Source: Cyanidioschyzon merolae (Eukaryota). From it: 64,000 nt of DNA. The DNA lies in the NCBI GenBank assembly GCA_000091205.1, contig AP006484.2. The stretch is one strand, 5' to 3'. The position numbers were made by a program, and so were the translations under genes. Below the pieces are notes generated by a model. It searched no databases, had not been told where the DNA came from, and saw nothing but the letters and a program-made list of their open reading frames with translations. Below are positions 20,160 through 31,400 of the stretch, piece by piece (position 1 is the stretch's first letter; every line of letters begins with the position of its first letter).

Positions 20160-22111
20160 CATTGCCGGCGGACTGGCCGCGCCCGCCGTCTGCGCTCGCC
20201 CAAGCTGGCTCGCGCTGCGTTTCGACCCCCGCGGGAATGCGTGCTTGAGCGGCGCGCTGCGTTTCGACCCCCGCGGGAATGCGTGCCTGAGCGGCGCGCT
20301 GTTCTCAGTATCGCTCCGACGCGGAGTTCTGCTCTGAACGCAGCTTCTTTTCGAGGTGCAACGCGGTGTCGTGCTTGGGCGTCGCAGCGCGAGCCGCCCG
20401 GCCTCGAGCAAGACAGCTCGATATGCCGCGTGGCTGCTACGACGTCGTTTACCGTGCCGAGACTAGGTCGCTCGCGTGCCGCGGAAAAGGCGATAGCTTG
20501 TTCGTGCGGGAGGAATGCAGAACCTAACCAGAGACTTTGGTTAAAAAGCAGCACGAACCGTGCTCGATGTCGACGGCGCCCGCACAGCTCAGGCAGATAA
20601 TCGCTGTGCACAGCAACGTGCAGGCGCAACTGCAGGCCTGCGAAGTCGAGCATTCGGGCGCTGACTCGGAGCGCAAAGCAGCACGCAAGAACGACAAGTA
20701 CTGGTCAGGGAGTGCGCAGTGTGCACGCACGCAAAATTCCCACAGCGCTCTAGTGAAGTGCGCTTGGAATGCTCGCTGCGCACCTGTACCCTGCACAGCA
20801 CCAGTGCCGTCGTGCGCCTGGTGCCGCGTTGCGCGCAAGTTTGCAGGTGCACGCATATGGGCATGCACGCATAGCCGAATATACACGTGTCCCAGTGCAT
20901 GCATTGTCGACTGTACACGTGTCCCAGTGCATGCATTGTCGACTGTACACGTGTCCCAGTGCATGCATGCGTGCTTCACGGCACGACAGCTGTGTATTCC
21001 TCTCTAGATATATGCAGTACGCATTTGCGCTCGCTGCAAGCGTATCGCGGAGCACAGACGCACTGTACACGAGCAATATGCACGCAAACGCGGACCGTCT
21101 GCTCCGTCCTTGCACATGGTTTTCGTATGGAGCAGAGAGAGCGTCGTTGATTTCGCGCTGAGGTCGCCCGGAGCCCAGTAGCAGACATATCCGCTTTGAG
21201 AGCCGTCACCGGGAGCATACCATTGCAGCCGCATGCTTCTCTTGGCAGTATGGGATCGGTGTCCGATTCGAATGCTGCTGGTATGGGGGCATAAGGTTCA
21301 GGGCTTTACGCCGAGCAGGATCTCGGAATGACCTAAACACCGCGCGCGCTAGCAATAACACCTACAGCATGGCTAGCGCACTGGTTCGAAGCGCCTGCGG
21401 ATGCAGCGGCGAGCATTGCATATCGACAACATCCAATAGGGTCTTGATAGGCTCGGGCACGCCCCGCATGCAACTTTCGACACATTTTCGAGGCCGTTCA
21501 CGGAACGTATGCAGCGTGGCGGCGGCATGCCCTCAGCGTCGTAGAACGAACGCGAGGCAACAGAGGCAGCAGGCGCAACCACAGGCACGATCGCTGCCGA
21601 CAAAGCCGATACCGCTGGAATCCCGTCGCTGTGCCGTTGCAACGCTTCGATGCGGCGCGCTTCCGCCCGATCACGTCGTTTTCTGGTGACTCGCACGCGC
21701 CACTGAGAAAGCGGTCATGTGTCTTGGGTGCAGGCATCGGGCAGGCAGCGGCAGATGGGCGCGAAACTCCGCGGCATGCGCTCTACGTGTTGTGGCGTCA
21801 CCAGGTGGCATTCTGGTGCTGGCGAAGGCGTCGGTATATGACGTACCGTCGATTGCTCTCTGGCGTCGCGTTCGCTACACGGCTCGGAAGAGCGTCGACT
21901 GCAAGCGCAGTCGCTGTCGTTCCCGATATCACTGACCCGATGGCTCTGGGCTGCTGACAGAAACCGCAGCGCTGCCGGAGCACTGCTCCAGCACGTTGGC
22001 CCAGGTCCAGCAATCTCGCTCGGACACGGAGCGCTTATCGGCGTTCTCGGTAGCTGCAAATCACCTGCGCCATCACGATACTGAGAACGAGCGAGAAACT
22101 CCTTGCGCTCG
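20160..22111 (+). repeat. Segmental duplication copy A, about 1.95 kb; the direct repeat partner is at 59381-61258
   Basis: Near-identical to 59381-61258 with only scattered single-base differences. Copy A carries one extra 38-bp unit at 20212-20287 ('gcgctgcgtttcgacccccgcgggaatgcgtgcYtgagcggc' twice) and one extra 32-bp unit at 20881-20976 ('acacgtgtcccagtgcatgcattgtcgactgt' three times against two). The ORF track shows matching ORF pairs, for example 20135-20653 against 59569-59832 and 21369-21689 against 60516-60836. Confidence 0.9.
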
Positions 22112-22222
22112 TGGCATACCCAAGTCCCAGAGGCTTAAAACGCCCGCGCAGGTGCAAATCGCAAGCGCCCGTTGCTTTCTCCTCGGATTCCCGTTCGACG
22201 CCCGACATTCCGCTGCACGCCT

Positions 22223-25200
22223 CTAGCTAAACTGCTCAACAAGCAGCTCCCAGGTTCCAGTTTCAGCATCATAACTAACGAAACGTGCGCCCTGCTGCTC
22301 CGCGTATTCTTGTAATCGTTGCCGAAATCGTTCAATCGCTTGTGGATCATTCGTTGGCTTTCCGGTTCGTTTGTCCATACGGAACACCTGCTCAAAACGC
22401 AAGAGCGCCCTTCGATTCAGGCCCTGTCCCGGGGGCGGGAGACCACTCCATCGATCGGACCTGGATGGCTGTTGTTGTTGTTGTTGCTGCTGCTGCTGCT
22501 GCTGAGCAGTCGTGCGGGTGCCTTTCGGCGGCATCGCGTCAGTATCGCGGGTCGGGTACAGGATGATCGTGCGCGGCTCAATCTGCACAATTTGATCCAG
22601 ATTGGCGTAGCGTAAATCCACCGGCTCCAGGAAACGAATTTCGGCAATGTGGCGACGGCCTAGTACAAAGTTAGAGACATGGGAGAGTGCTGCTTCATCA
22701 AGGGACTGAAGCTCGGCGAGCGGCGGTTTCGTATAGTACCCTGGTTTCGTGAGTCGCGGCACCCAAGCTGGCAATCGATCGCCCTGATCGGACGTTGAGG
22801 CTCCTGACGACACCGGTCCCTGTGCGTGGTACTCGAAGTGCGCACCTGGCGTCTGCTCGGAGCCTGGTGTGGCCGCTGACTCTTTTCCGGAGCGCTTCTC
22901 CGTACCCTGGCTACTGCGCAGTGGTACGATGGGTGACATGTCGGCAGCAAATGAAGGCGTTACGGTACCAGGAGCGTCGACGTTGGTGGCACGTGTTCGC
23001 TCCGGAGACGCATCCCGATCCAGAAGGTTTGCGCTCGGGCTCGCCAGCACTGCTTCCTGCGTGGTAATATCGGCGAGCGTCAATGTCGGTTCGGTTTGTC
23101 CTTGTGCGGCTGCGTCGCGGATCAGCTGCCTGATGCTTCGTTCTGGTTTGCCATTCTCGGTCTGGCGCAGGCGTCCGGGTGTCCATACGCTCGACCAGGA
23201 ATCGCCTGGCGTCTGATTCGGACGACCCCGGGCGACTGCTCGAGGTCGGTCAAACAACTCATGGAGCGGGACGCCACCAATGGAGGCTCCGTATGAGAAG
23301 GCTCGCACTTGACTTCTGGGCCGAACTCGATAGCTCGTCACGGGCGCGTTTGGTATCGATGCTAGTGGGGCCAGCAGCGACGCATGCGTGGTATCTAGCA
23401 CAGGCTCCGAGGTGACTCGAGTCCCTTGCCATCGCTCCGCATCAGTGGAGATGTTGCCCGCAGCGCCCGAGAGTGTCGGCAGCGGGCCGTACGGCGATGC
23501 GCTACTGGCGTTGCTTGCAGGCTGCGTTTGAAACGGAATCCCCTGCGGAGAAGCGTTCGTGGCAGCACCGAAGGCAGGCATCGCACCACTGCCACTACCA
23601 CCACCGAGGCCAAAACCTAGTCCAGACGGCATTCCAGTACTCGTAGCCGGCTGCATAGGACCCATATTCGCATTTGGGCTCGCCAAGGGTCGGAATGCTG
23701 ATCCCCCAAGACCGAACATGCCCCCAGAAGTTGAGGCACCGCCGCCAGGCTGTGTGCCGCCTAGGTTCGACCCACTCGATGACACTCCAAAGCGGAATAA
23801 ATCCCCAGTCGGCTTCGCACTCGTCTGGTTCGCTGCTCCGAATATGCCAGTTTGCTCCGAACGAGGTGTACTTGCGTTTCCTGACTGAAACGCGGGCGCT
23901 CCGCCTGCAGTCACCGTAGTGCTCCCTGTGCCAAAGAGGCCACCGGTACTGGTGCCGCTCTGTGCGGCACCAGCACCGGTTGATTGTCCACTTGGCTGAT
24001 TCGCTTGCGCTGCACCAAATCCGCCCAAACTAAATCTCGGAAGCGAGCTCTGTGCGCTTGGTGCTTGACCAGGCTGGCCACCAGTACCACCACCGCCTCC
24101 AATACCACTGCCACCAGCACCGAAGCTGCCTGCCGTACCCGGTGCGCCGCCTCCAACCAGGCCCGCCGACTGCGTGGATCCGCTGCCGCTTCCGCCGAAA
24201 AACGACCCGGGCGCGTTGCCTCCGAGACCGCCTCCGAACGATGGCATTGTATTGCTGAGACTACTCGTATTCTGGGTCGCGTTCAGCGTACCGAATGATG
24301 TTCCAGTGCCCAGCGGCCGCGATCCACCGAAACCGAGGCCACCGCTTGCAGGCGCACCGACAGTGCCTGACGTAGGAAAAGCGCCCGAGGTGCCCAGTGC
24401 TGCACTTACCGCTGGCTGATTTGTATTTGATCCGGCGCTCGCTCCAAAGCTGCTGAAAGCACCGGTCGTTGATCCAGGTGCACCAGCAAAGGGTGAAGGT
24501 CGGGCATTTGCGTTCGATCCAAACAAACCAGAGCCAAAGGGCGCATTCCCAGCACCCGTTCCGCTCCCTGCTTGATTGGATCCGAATGATGTCGTAGCAG
24601 AGGACCCGACACCACCGCCAAAGAGGCCGCCTGACTGACCCGCGTTTTGTCCAGGGATACCGAATCCCGTACCAGAACCTGTGGCGTTTGCATTCCCGAA
24701 ACCACCAGCTGAGGGTGCCGACCCAAATGCACCCCCAGTACTCCCAGCGGATGTGTTTTGTTGTTGTCCGAATGTCGTTCCCGAGATCGCCGATGCACCA
24801 AACGGGGAAGCGGCTCCTGAGGTACCAGCGTCACTGCGGAAAAGACCGCTGGGAGCAGTCAAACCGGTCGATGGCTTTGCTGCACCAAAAAGTCCTGTGT
24901 TCGTTGTGGAGGAACTGCCAAGGTTTCCAAAGAGCGAGCCACCACCCGTTCCGCTGGGTGCTGAACTACCTCCAGGGCCGCTTTGCCCCCGGTTACCCAG
25001 CTGGTAGTCTTCGAAACGGAGTTCCTCGAAGCTCTTCGATTCGAACCCGCTCATAAACACGATCGAATCGAAGAGTACCTGTTTGGTTCCGTGTGCCGTT
25101 GTTTCTGAGCTTGGTACTGGCCGAAAAGCCACCTGACCAGTGCCCTGGCTCGGTGCGGCACCCAGAGCAAGAGGCTGTGACCCTGAGGTGCCCGCTTGCC

Positions 25201-25546
25201 AGGCACTACCGCTTCCGGAGAGCGCACCCCCGCCAGCAGCGGCACCGGGGGCTCCGGTCACACCCGGGCGCAACCCGCCAGAAAACGAAGCACTCCCAAA
25301 AGGACTTGACCCGAAGGTGCTTGATGTGTTCGCGTTGCCCCCGAAAGGACTCATTGACGCTGAGCCCGTGTTTGGGCCTGGTTGTGCCGCTGGCCAGCCG
25401 CCAGCCTGGCTCAGCGCTGTTTGGGTGCCCGGCTGGCTCTGTGTGCTAAACAGCGACTGTGTTGGGGTTTGTGTCGGTGGATTTGCCCCGAAAGCACCCG
25501 CCAGTTGGTTATTCGACGGCTGCGTAGACGCGTTTCTACCGAACAT
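22223..25546 (-). CDS. GLFG-repeat nucleoporin of the Nup98 / Nup116 / Nup100 family, 1107 aa, ending at its C-terminal autoproteolytic-type (Nup98-APD) domain with no Nup96 portion
   Basis: The N-terminal two-thirds carry dense FG, GLFG, SFG and FGxxxFG repeats ('GLFGAAKPSTGL', 'GGLFGGGVGSS', 'SLFGNLGSSS'). The C-terminal approximately 150 aa, '...YYTKPPLAELQSLDEAALSHVSNFVLGRRHIAEIRFLEPVDL...TGTWELLVEQFS*', match the Nup98 autoproteolytic domain fold. The ORF stops right after QFS. A polyQ run is encoded by the CAG/CAA array at 22465-22507. Confidence 0.8.
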   Translation of the reverse strand: MFGRNASTQPSNNQLAGAFGANPPTQTPTQSLFSTQSQPGTQTALSQAGGWPAAQPGPNTGSASMSPFGGNANTSSTFGSSPFGSASFSGGLRPGVTGAPGAAAGGGALSGSGSAWQAGTSGSQPLALGAAPSQGTGQVAFRPVPSSETTAHGTKQVLFDSIVFMSGFESKSFEELRFEDYQLGNRGQSGPGGSSAPSGTGGGSLFGNLGSSSTTNTGLFGAAKPSTGLTAPSGLFRSDAGTSGAASPFGASAISGTTFGQQQNTSAGSTGGAFGSAPSAGGFGNANATGSGTGFGIPGQNAGQSGGLFGGGVGSSATTSFGSNQAGSGTGAGNAPFGSGLFGSNANARPSPFAGAPGSTTGAFSSFGASAGSNTNQPAVSAALGTSGAFPTSGTVGAPASGGLGFGGSRPLGTGTSFGTLNATQNTSSLSNTMPSFGGGLGGNAPGSFFGGSGSGSTQSAGLVGGGAPGTAGSFGAGGSGIGGGGGTGGQPGQAPSAQSSLPRFSLGGFGAAQANQPSGQSTGAGAAQSGTSTGGLFGTGSTTVTAGGAPAFQSGNASTPRSEQTGIFGAANQTSAKPTGDLFRFGVSSSGSNLGGTQPGGGASTSGGMFGLGGSAFRPLASPNANMGPMQPATSTGMPSGLGFGLGGGSGSGAMPAFGAATNASPQGIPFQTQPASNASSASPYGPLPTLSGAAGNISTDAERWQGTRVTSEPVLDTTHASLLAPLASIPNAPVTSYRVRPRSQVRAFSYGASIGGVPLHELFDRPRAVARGRPNQTPGDSWSSVWTPGRLRQTENGKPERSIRQLIRDAAAQGQTEPTLTLADITTQEAVLASPSANLLDRDASPERTRATNVDAPGTVTPSFAADMSPIVPLRSSQGTEKRSGKESAATPGSEQTPGAHFEYHAQGPVSSGASTSDQGDRLPAWVPRLTKPGYYTKPPLAELQSLDEAALSHVSNFVLGRRHIAEIRFLEPVDLRYANLDQIVQIEPRTIILYPTRDTDAMPPKGTRTTAQQQQQQQQQQQQPSRSDRWSGLPPPGQGLNRRALLRFEQVFRMDKRTGKPTNDPQAIERFRQRLQEYAEQQGARFVSYDAETGTWELLVEQFS

Positions 25547-25599
25547 GGTTTACCGCGTCAACGCTTCGTGGAAGCACAGCTCGTAATCGCTTTCATCCT

Positions 25600-27080
25600 G
25601 GTGCGGTGCATAGCAGTCGATTCGCTTTGGTGTGTGCACGATGCCGAACAGAATGTAGACGAATCGCCCTCAGGATCTATATTGTTTACTGAATAGTGTA
25701 AGGAGTACTGCATCTCTGATTCGGGTCAGTCGCACCACAGTACTCAGATGGTTGAGGAACTCTAAAAGAAAGAAGGATATGGGCTCTGTGCCAAAAAACT
25801 GGTATGCTCTATAACTGCTTTCGGTCTATTGTAGAGAACGACTTTTTGATCACCTGACAAAAAGCGAAAAAGCGAAGATTATAGATGCCATGAGCGTCTC
25901 TGTTTCTCAATAGCTTGTTCATGGGGCCTCAAAACGCTGGGACACAGTCGCCGAGAAAATGTCCTAGTTCACATACGGCTATCTTCTACAGATATCGCAA
26001 CGACAGCGTTTCTGGAACGTTGCGGTCGGTATGAAGCAGAGGTAAGCCAGTTTATTTTCACAGACGATGAGACATCCTTCGGACGAAACGGTCGGATCGT
26101 AGATGGGTATTCGCTGAGAAGGTGCGCGTTCTGTGTGCGATCGAACTCGAAGAGAACGACGACATCATCATCTGTTCTAGGAGGAGTGGATTCGTTTGGC
26201 GGCCTCGGTTTCGCTCGTGGAGACGGCGCATCCTACAGTACCAACCACTTTGTCGAATGATTGAAGGGTTTTCCCTGGCATCTGGTGACGTTCTTCTATT
26301 GGAGAACGCGGTATATCACCATTCCCTTGCGATGGAGCTTTCGCCGAATCTATCGGGATCGAGCTGCCTTTCATTTGTCCATACGATCCGTGGTTCAGCT
26401 CCATCAAAGACGTGTTTTTTATGTTGAAAAGTAATAATCGCCTCGGTGACCGAATCGCTGAAGCGTTTCGCACACGGCGACACACTGGGGCACATGTCGT
26501 CTCTCTTTCGAGAGTCCCTCCAGCTTCGGAAAGTTTCTCACCTCGGAGCAGAGAGAAGCGCATTCATTTTCAAGAAATAGAACAATCCAAGGGAAGGTTA
26601 TGGACATGGAAGTCGAGGATGCTGGAGCGCCGTCATCGCCGGGTGCATGAAAGAAACGAAAAGTAATCTCCTTCTCGTCGACCATCCCTCGGAGAAGAGC
26701 AAGTGAAGAAGAATAAAAAGAAGATAGATACGCGAGCAAAGTTGTTTGCCCAACGAGATGATGACGAGACTGGCATGGTACAGAGGGCGCGAATTCGATG
26801 ACTCCTTGCACGGAGGAGTTTCACCAGCGGCAATAAACGCCAGGAGTTCATGAAACGAGACTTGAACGCCACTGTCAATATCAGACGATGTGCGGTGCTG
26901 AAGACGGGACCCGAGCATCTCTCGCGACCAACTTCATGCGGCAGCCTCGCAAACTCGATGTGTTCAGGAAGAAGCTGAAACCGGTATTAGGGGGCCAATC
27001 AAAATAGCCGGGAGGCGCCTGTGCGTGTTTCTTCATATCCACTCCATGGCCGTGGGACATTTTTTGTTTCTCTGATCACA
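25600..27080 (-). repeat. Long copy of dispersed repeat family R in inverted orientation, ending roughly 55 bp upstream of the Nup98-like start codon
   Basis: The reverse complement aligns with 10380-11900 (examples in that feature's evidence). The 5' part also matches 7150-7450. Weaker similarity extends to about 27130. Confidence 0.75.
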
Positions 27081-28484
27081 CGTAACTGAAACGAATGTAG
27101 ATGAACGCTAGCTGAGCGTTTAGTGGCGCAGCAGCGGCGACCGGACATATATGGTGCGGTGGTACTGGATGCACTCCGAGGGTGTCATTTTTTTCGTGGT
27201 ATCGCATCAGTGAACGTATTGCGACTCCCGTATGATGCAGATGGAAGCATGGAAGGCGACGAGTATACGAAAATTTCTGCGGCAAAAGACCTGCAGTGCA
27301 CGGAAGAGAAGGAAATGTTTTTTAGAGCTTTCTTTTACCGAGACGTGAGTGAAATCTGTAGTGCCTCGAATCTACCAAGTCTTTACAATGCAAGTCTTAT
27401 GAAAAATTGCTGCCGATTTCTCTGAATGTCCATGTTCGCCGTCTAGTGTGGCCTGTAACCTGTACCTCTTGAAGGCTACCCGTGTCTGACAGCGTTCTCT
27501 AGACAACCAGAAGGACGCAATCACCTCTGGATGCATCCACAGGCGTTCCGATCCGGCACTGGATAGCATCTGCTCGTGTGGCTTGGGCGGGGGCGGAGGC
27601 GGGCGCCACCAAGTGGGATACACTTGCCTGCTGCTGCATACGCTCGAATGGCGCTCCGACACTGAAGAGCAAATGCTCGCGTAGCATCTGCTAGATACGT
27701 CTGCTTTCTTGTGCTCCGGCCCGGAAGCGACATGAAAATTGTCGGTTCCTCACGATCTGGAGTCCTCGCTCAGCGGCCTGCGTAGGCATGCGACAAGTGC
27801 CGCGCACTCCTGAAGCTATATGCTCTTGCGGCAGAACCGGCCCCGGCTGAGGAGCCATTCAGAACGCGACAGCATTGAAGTGCTGCAGGCCCTGGTCGCA
27901 TATATCTCGGACAGGAGCATTCCGGCATTCGAAAAGCATAACAAGCGTTTTTATTTAGCCGAACGCGAGTTCGATTGTCTCGAAGCCCGAGTTCAGCGGC
28001 AGTGCTCCGAAGCACGCTGGTGTTGCGGTGCACCGAAGCGGTAGATCCTCGTTACCTGCATATTCGCTGCAATGCACAAAAACGCCACAAATACCGCGTG
28101 GAATACGGAGATAACTCTTCGTCGACCACTTGCCCCAGATCATCTGATAATTTTTTCAAGGCATCAAAGCGCCTTGCCCTGCTTTCGACGCAGATAGAAA
28201 CCATGGATACGTACCGCCTAAATGCACACCGTAGATAAGATTGACAAAAAGGTCACGTGCTGCAGACGCAACACAGTTCTTTCTCGCATGCCTGGTGCCG
28301 CTTGGCTTTACTTTTTGCATAAAGCGCCATTGTTTTGGGTTAACGGTCCTGTTTACAAAGGGACTTGCTTTTCAGAAAGCACGGACAGGTCGTCTCCGGC
28401 AACCGAAACTGAGCGCGCCTCGAAAAAAACGTTTCGTGGGCGCCGACGCTGGTCTTCGCTCCGTACGACCTACGCCAGCGCTCC

Positions 28485-31400
28485 ATGGTTTCATCACCCG
28501 CGATTCAGGTTTCTGCTGTCCAAAGAAACGTTGAAAGTGGTTGGCGGGCACCCACAGGCTACTCTGACTCAGAAGACACTGATGACGGGAAGGATGAGCG
28601 CCTTTTTCGCTCAGGTCCGCGACGGATCGAGGTGCCATCAAGTAGCGAGAGCGAAACATCGACCTCGCCGCCGTCAAAGCTTGCTCGATCGACACCGTCT
28701 GCGTCGAGTGCCTCTACAGATGGGATAACTGCTGGTGCAGGTGTGGATGAAGAAGGAAACGAATCGGATTACGTCGCACCAGGTGTTTCCTTTTCTCGTT
28801 TAGCACGACGATACACGCTTGCTAGGTCCTGGCTACCCGGTGTGCACCGTGCCCTCTTCGCAACGCCCGATGAAGCATTCGGAGCTCCCTCGACGGACAC
28901 GCCCATGGATATGAAACAGCATAATCGCTCCGTAGCGCGGACCCAGAGACCCGAGTCGCGTCACATACAGGCTACCGATGGAACCGGGGACCGCGCTGCA
29001 GCTGAGCGTTTAGAGCCGCTCGACGCGGCAACAGCGGCAACGCTGCAGCTGCTGCAGTCAAGCACGTCAACGGAACTGGGTGAACAACGTGAGCTGCATA
29101 AAGCAGTTGAGTTGTCGCGCAAATCCCTCATAGCGGATACCGCAAGCATGCATGCTACTGGGCAAGTATCCGACGCATTTCGCTCGCGGATTACGGAACA
29201 GACTCGCGCTCCGTCGCTTCTTGCGTCCGAAACGAACGTTCAAGTTGTTTCGGTGGCGGGCACTTCACCGAGAACGGCAGTTCTTCGATCCTTGGATCAA
29301 CTTCTTGAAGAGCGAATGCGTGGACTGGATATCGCCACAGCTTTCATGCCCATGGCTCGCGTCATAGGTCCTCTCGTGTTTGCGAATGGAGGCGGGCCTG
29401 AACGCAGCGCGAAGCGCGCTGCTTGTGGGGTCGTATACCCTTCCATGAAGATGTGGACGCCTTCGAAAGGCACCGCTGATCGGTCAGAGCTTCATCTCGG
29501 CCTGGTTCGTGTTGCAGACGACGCCGCAATAGAGGCATCCGTACACTGCGAGGCGACCAGCCGCTACCAAACACTCGGTGAAGCACTTGCCACGGGAAAT
29601 CGGCGCCATGATTTTTTCCAGGAACTGGTTACTCGCTACAGGACACAAAAGGATGAGCACGGTGAGATTGTTGCAAGCTTGTTGGACGCCCTGTATGGTG
29701 ATCACGCTGGAGCTGCATCAACATGGTATAGGTTTTCAGCATGGCTGAGGGATTGTGCCTGCCCCAAGATGCAGAGCGTAGATGAATTTCGAGACGATTG
29801 GCAACATGCGCGTGCCGTTTCTGCGGTTTCCGCTGCATCCGACGGGCAAGCACTCGACGAAGCGCTTTTTTTGCTATCCGGAGGCCAGGTGCTGGCGGCA
29901 GCGCAGCGGCTGCAAAAGGCCGGCGACTTGCGCCTCGCACTCCTTTTGAGTCGCTGTCTGGACCCGCATGAAGACTTGGCATTGGATGCGGCGAATCAAG
30001 TGGAAACGTGGGAAAACGATGGCCTTTCTGAAAAAACGCTTGGAGCGCGCCGTCTTGATCTCATGTACTTGTTAGCAGGCCAAGTACAGCGTGCTTCTGG
30101 TCATGCCCTCGTGTCAATGGATGAACCGCCTTGGTTCTGTGGACCGCATTTGACGTGGATACGGGCCTTTGCCTTATTTTTTTGGTACGCACGCATGGAT
30201 GCCAGTAGACGGGACGCTCTGCAGGGATCCATGGATGCCACTGCCGGTGCCGCTGATACGAATGATTCGTGTACCGACGCATACGCGGATGACGTGCGCT
30301 TCCGTATGCGGCTTAGCGCTGCGCTAGACGCCTACGAGACAGCCTGGAAGGCGGCGATGCACTTACGTAGCCGCAGTCGCGACCTAGATGATGATGAGGA
30401 GCAGGACGAGCACGAGGACGCGGAGGATGCGGTGCGACCGTCGGCAACAAGGTCACCGCGATCATCACCACCGGCGATGCACGCATCCTCTAGATCGCCA
30501 TCACCGATTCCCAGATCGCCTAGATCGCCTAGATCGCAGCTACGTGCATCCTCTAGATCGCCTAGATCGCCTAGATCGCCTAGATCGCCTAGATCGCCTA
30601 GATCGCCTAGATCGCAGCTGCGTGCATCCTCTAGATCGCCGTCACCAATGCCTAGATCGCCTAGATCGCAGCTGCGTGCATCCTCTAGATCACTGAGGGC
30701 GGTAGCGGCTGCGTCACTCGCCCGTGTGCCACCGCCGCTGCCGCCGGCCCTGGATCGTGCGCATCGCAGGGGCGAGCTGCGGCAGCTGCCGCTCACTGCA
30801 GATGAGGCAGAGACGGGGCCCGAGGATCGCGTCACCACCCTAGCGGTATTCGATGCTGTCTATGTACTCTTGCGGTGGTATTGTCTTTCGCCTACGTTCT
30901 GTAGCAGGCGTTATCAGCTTATGCCAGAGTGCTTTGGTCTTCACAAGAGTGACTCTTTGGATTTCCGGCTTGTGTGGTTGCTGTGGGAGTGCATAGGCAG
31001 CGGCGCATGGGTATCCGTGCCTTTTGACTGGATTGATCCGCTTCTACGAGCACAGTGCTACGAGGCGTATGCGTTGCAGCTTGAGTCTGCCGGGAGGCCG
31101 CTCGAGGCAATCTACGTTCGGGCGACGCTCAGTCGCGGATCGGATCTGCTCCAGTATCTGTGCTATCTGTGGCCGCGTCTGCTTCGAGAAAATGTCCCCG
31201 ACTGGCCTGTTTCGTTGCCTGTTGCAGGTGAGTTGCGAGGATCAGGACCCAGTTCGGAGGCTTCGTGGTCAACGGTGCGCACTGCCGCTGACATCGACTC
31301 GCTGCCGGTGATGCGTTGGCTCCGAGAGCGCGTCCGCCTGCCGCGGTGCTGGCTCCTGCAGGCACACTACCAATGGCTGGAGTTTGCGCTTGTGGCGGCG

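Noticed and set aside
20135-21235. Multiple overlapping ORFs of 80-190 aa inside the 1.9-kb duplicated segment, for example 20537-21007, 20135-20653, 21369-21689 and their copy-B twins
   Set aside because: They overlap one another in several frames, are Cys/Arg/Ala-rich without motifs, and owe their conservation to the recency of the duplication rather than to selection. The segment is more likely non-coding intergenic DNA carrying a 3'-UTR and a promoter.
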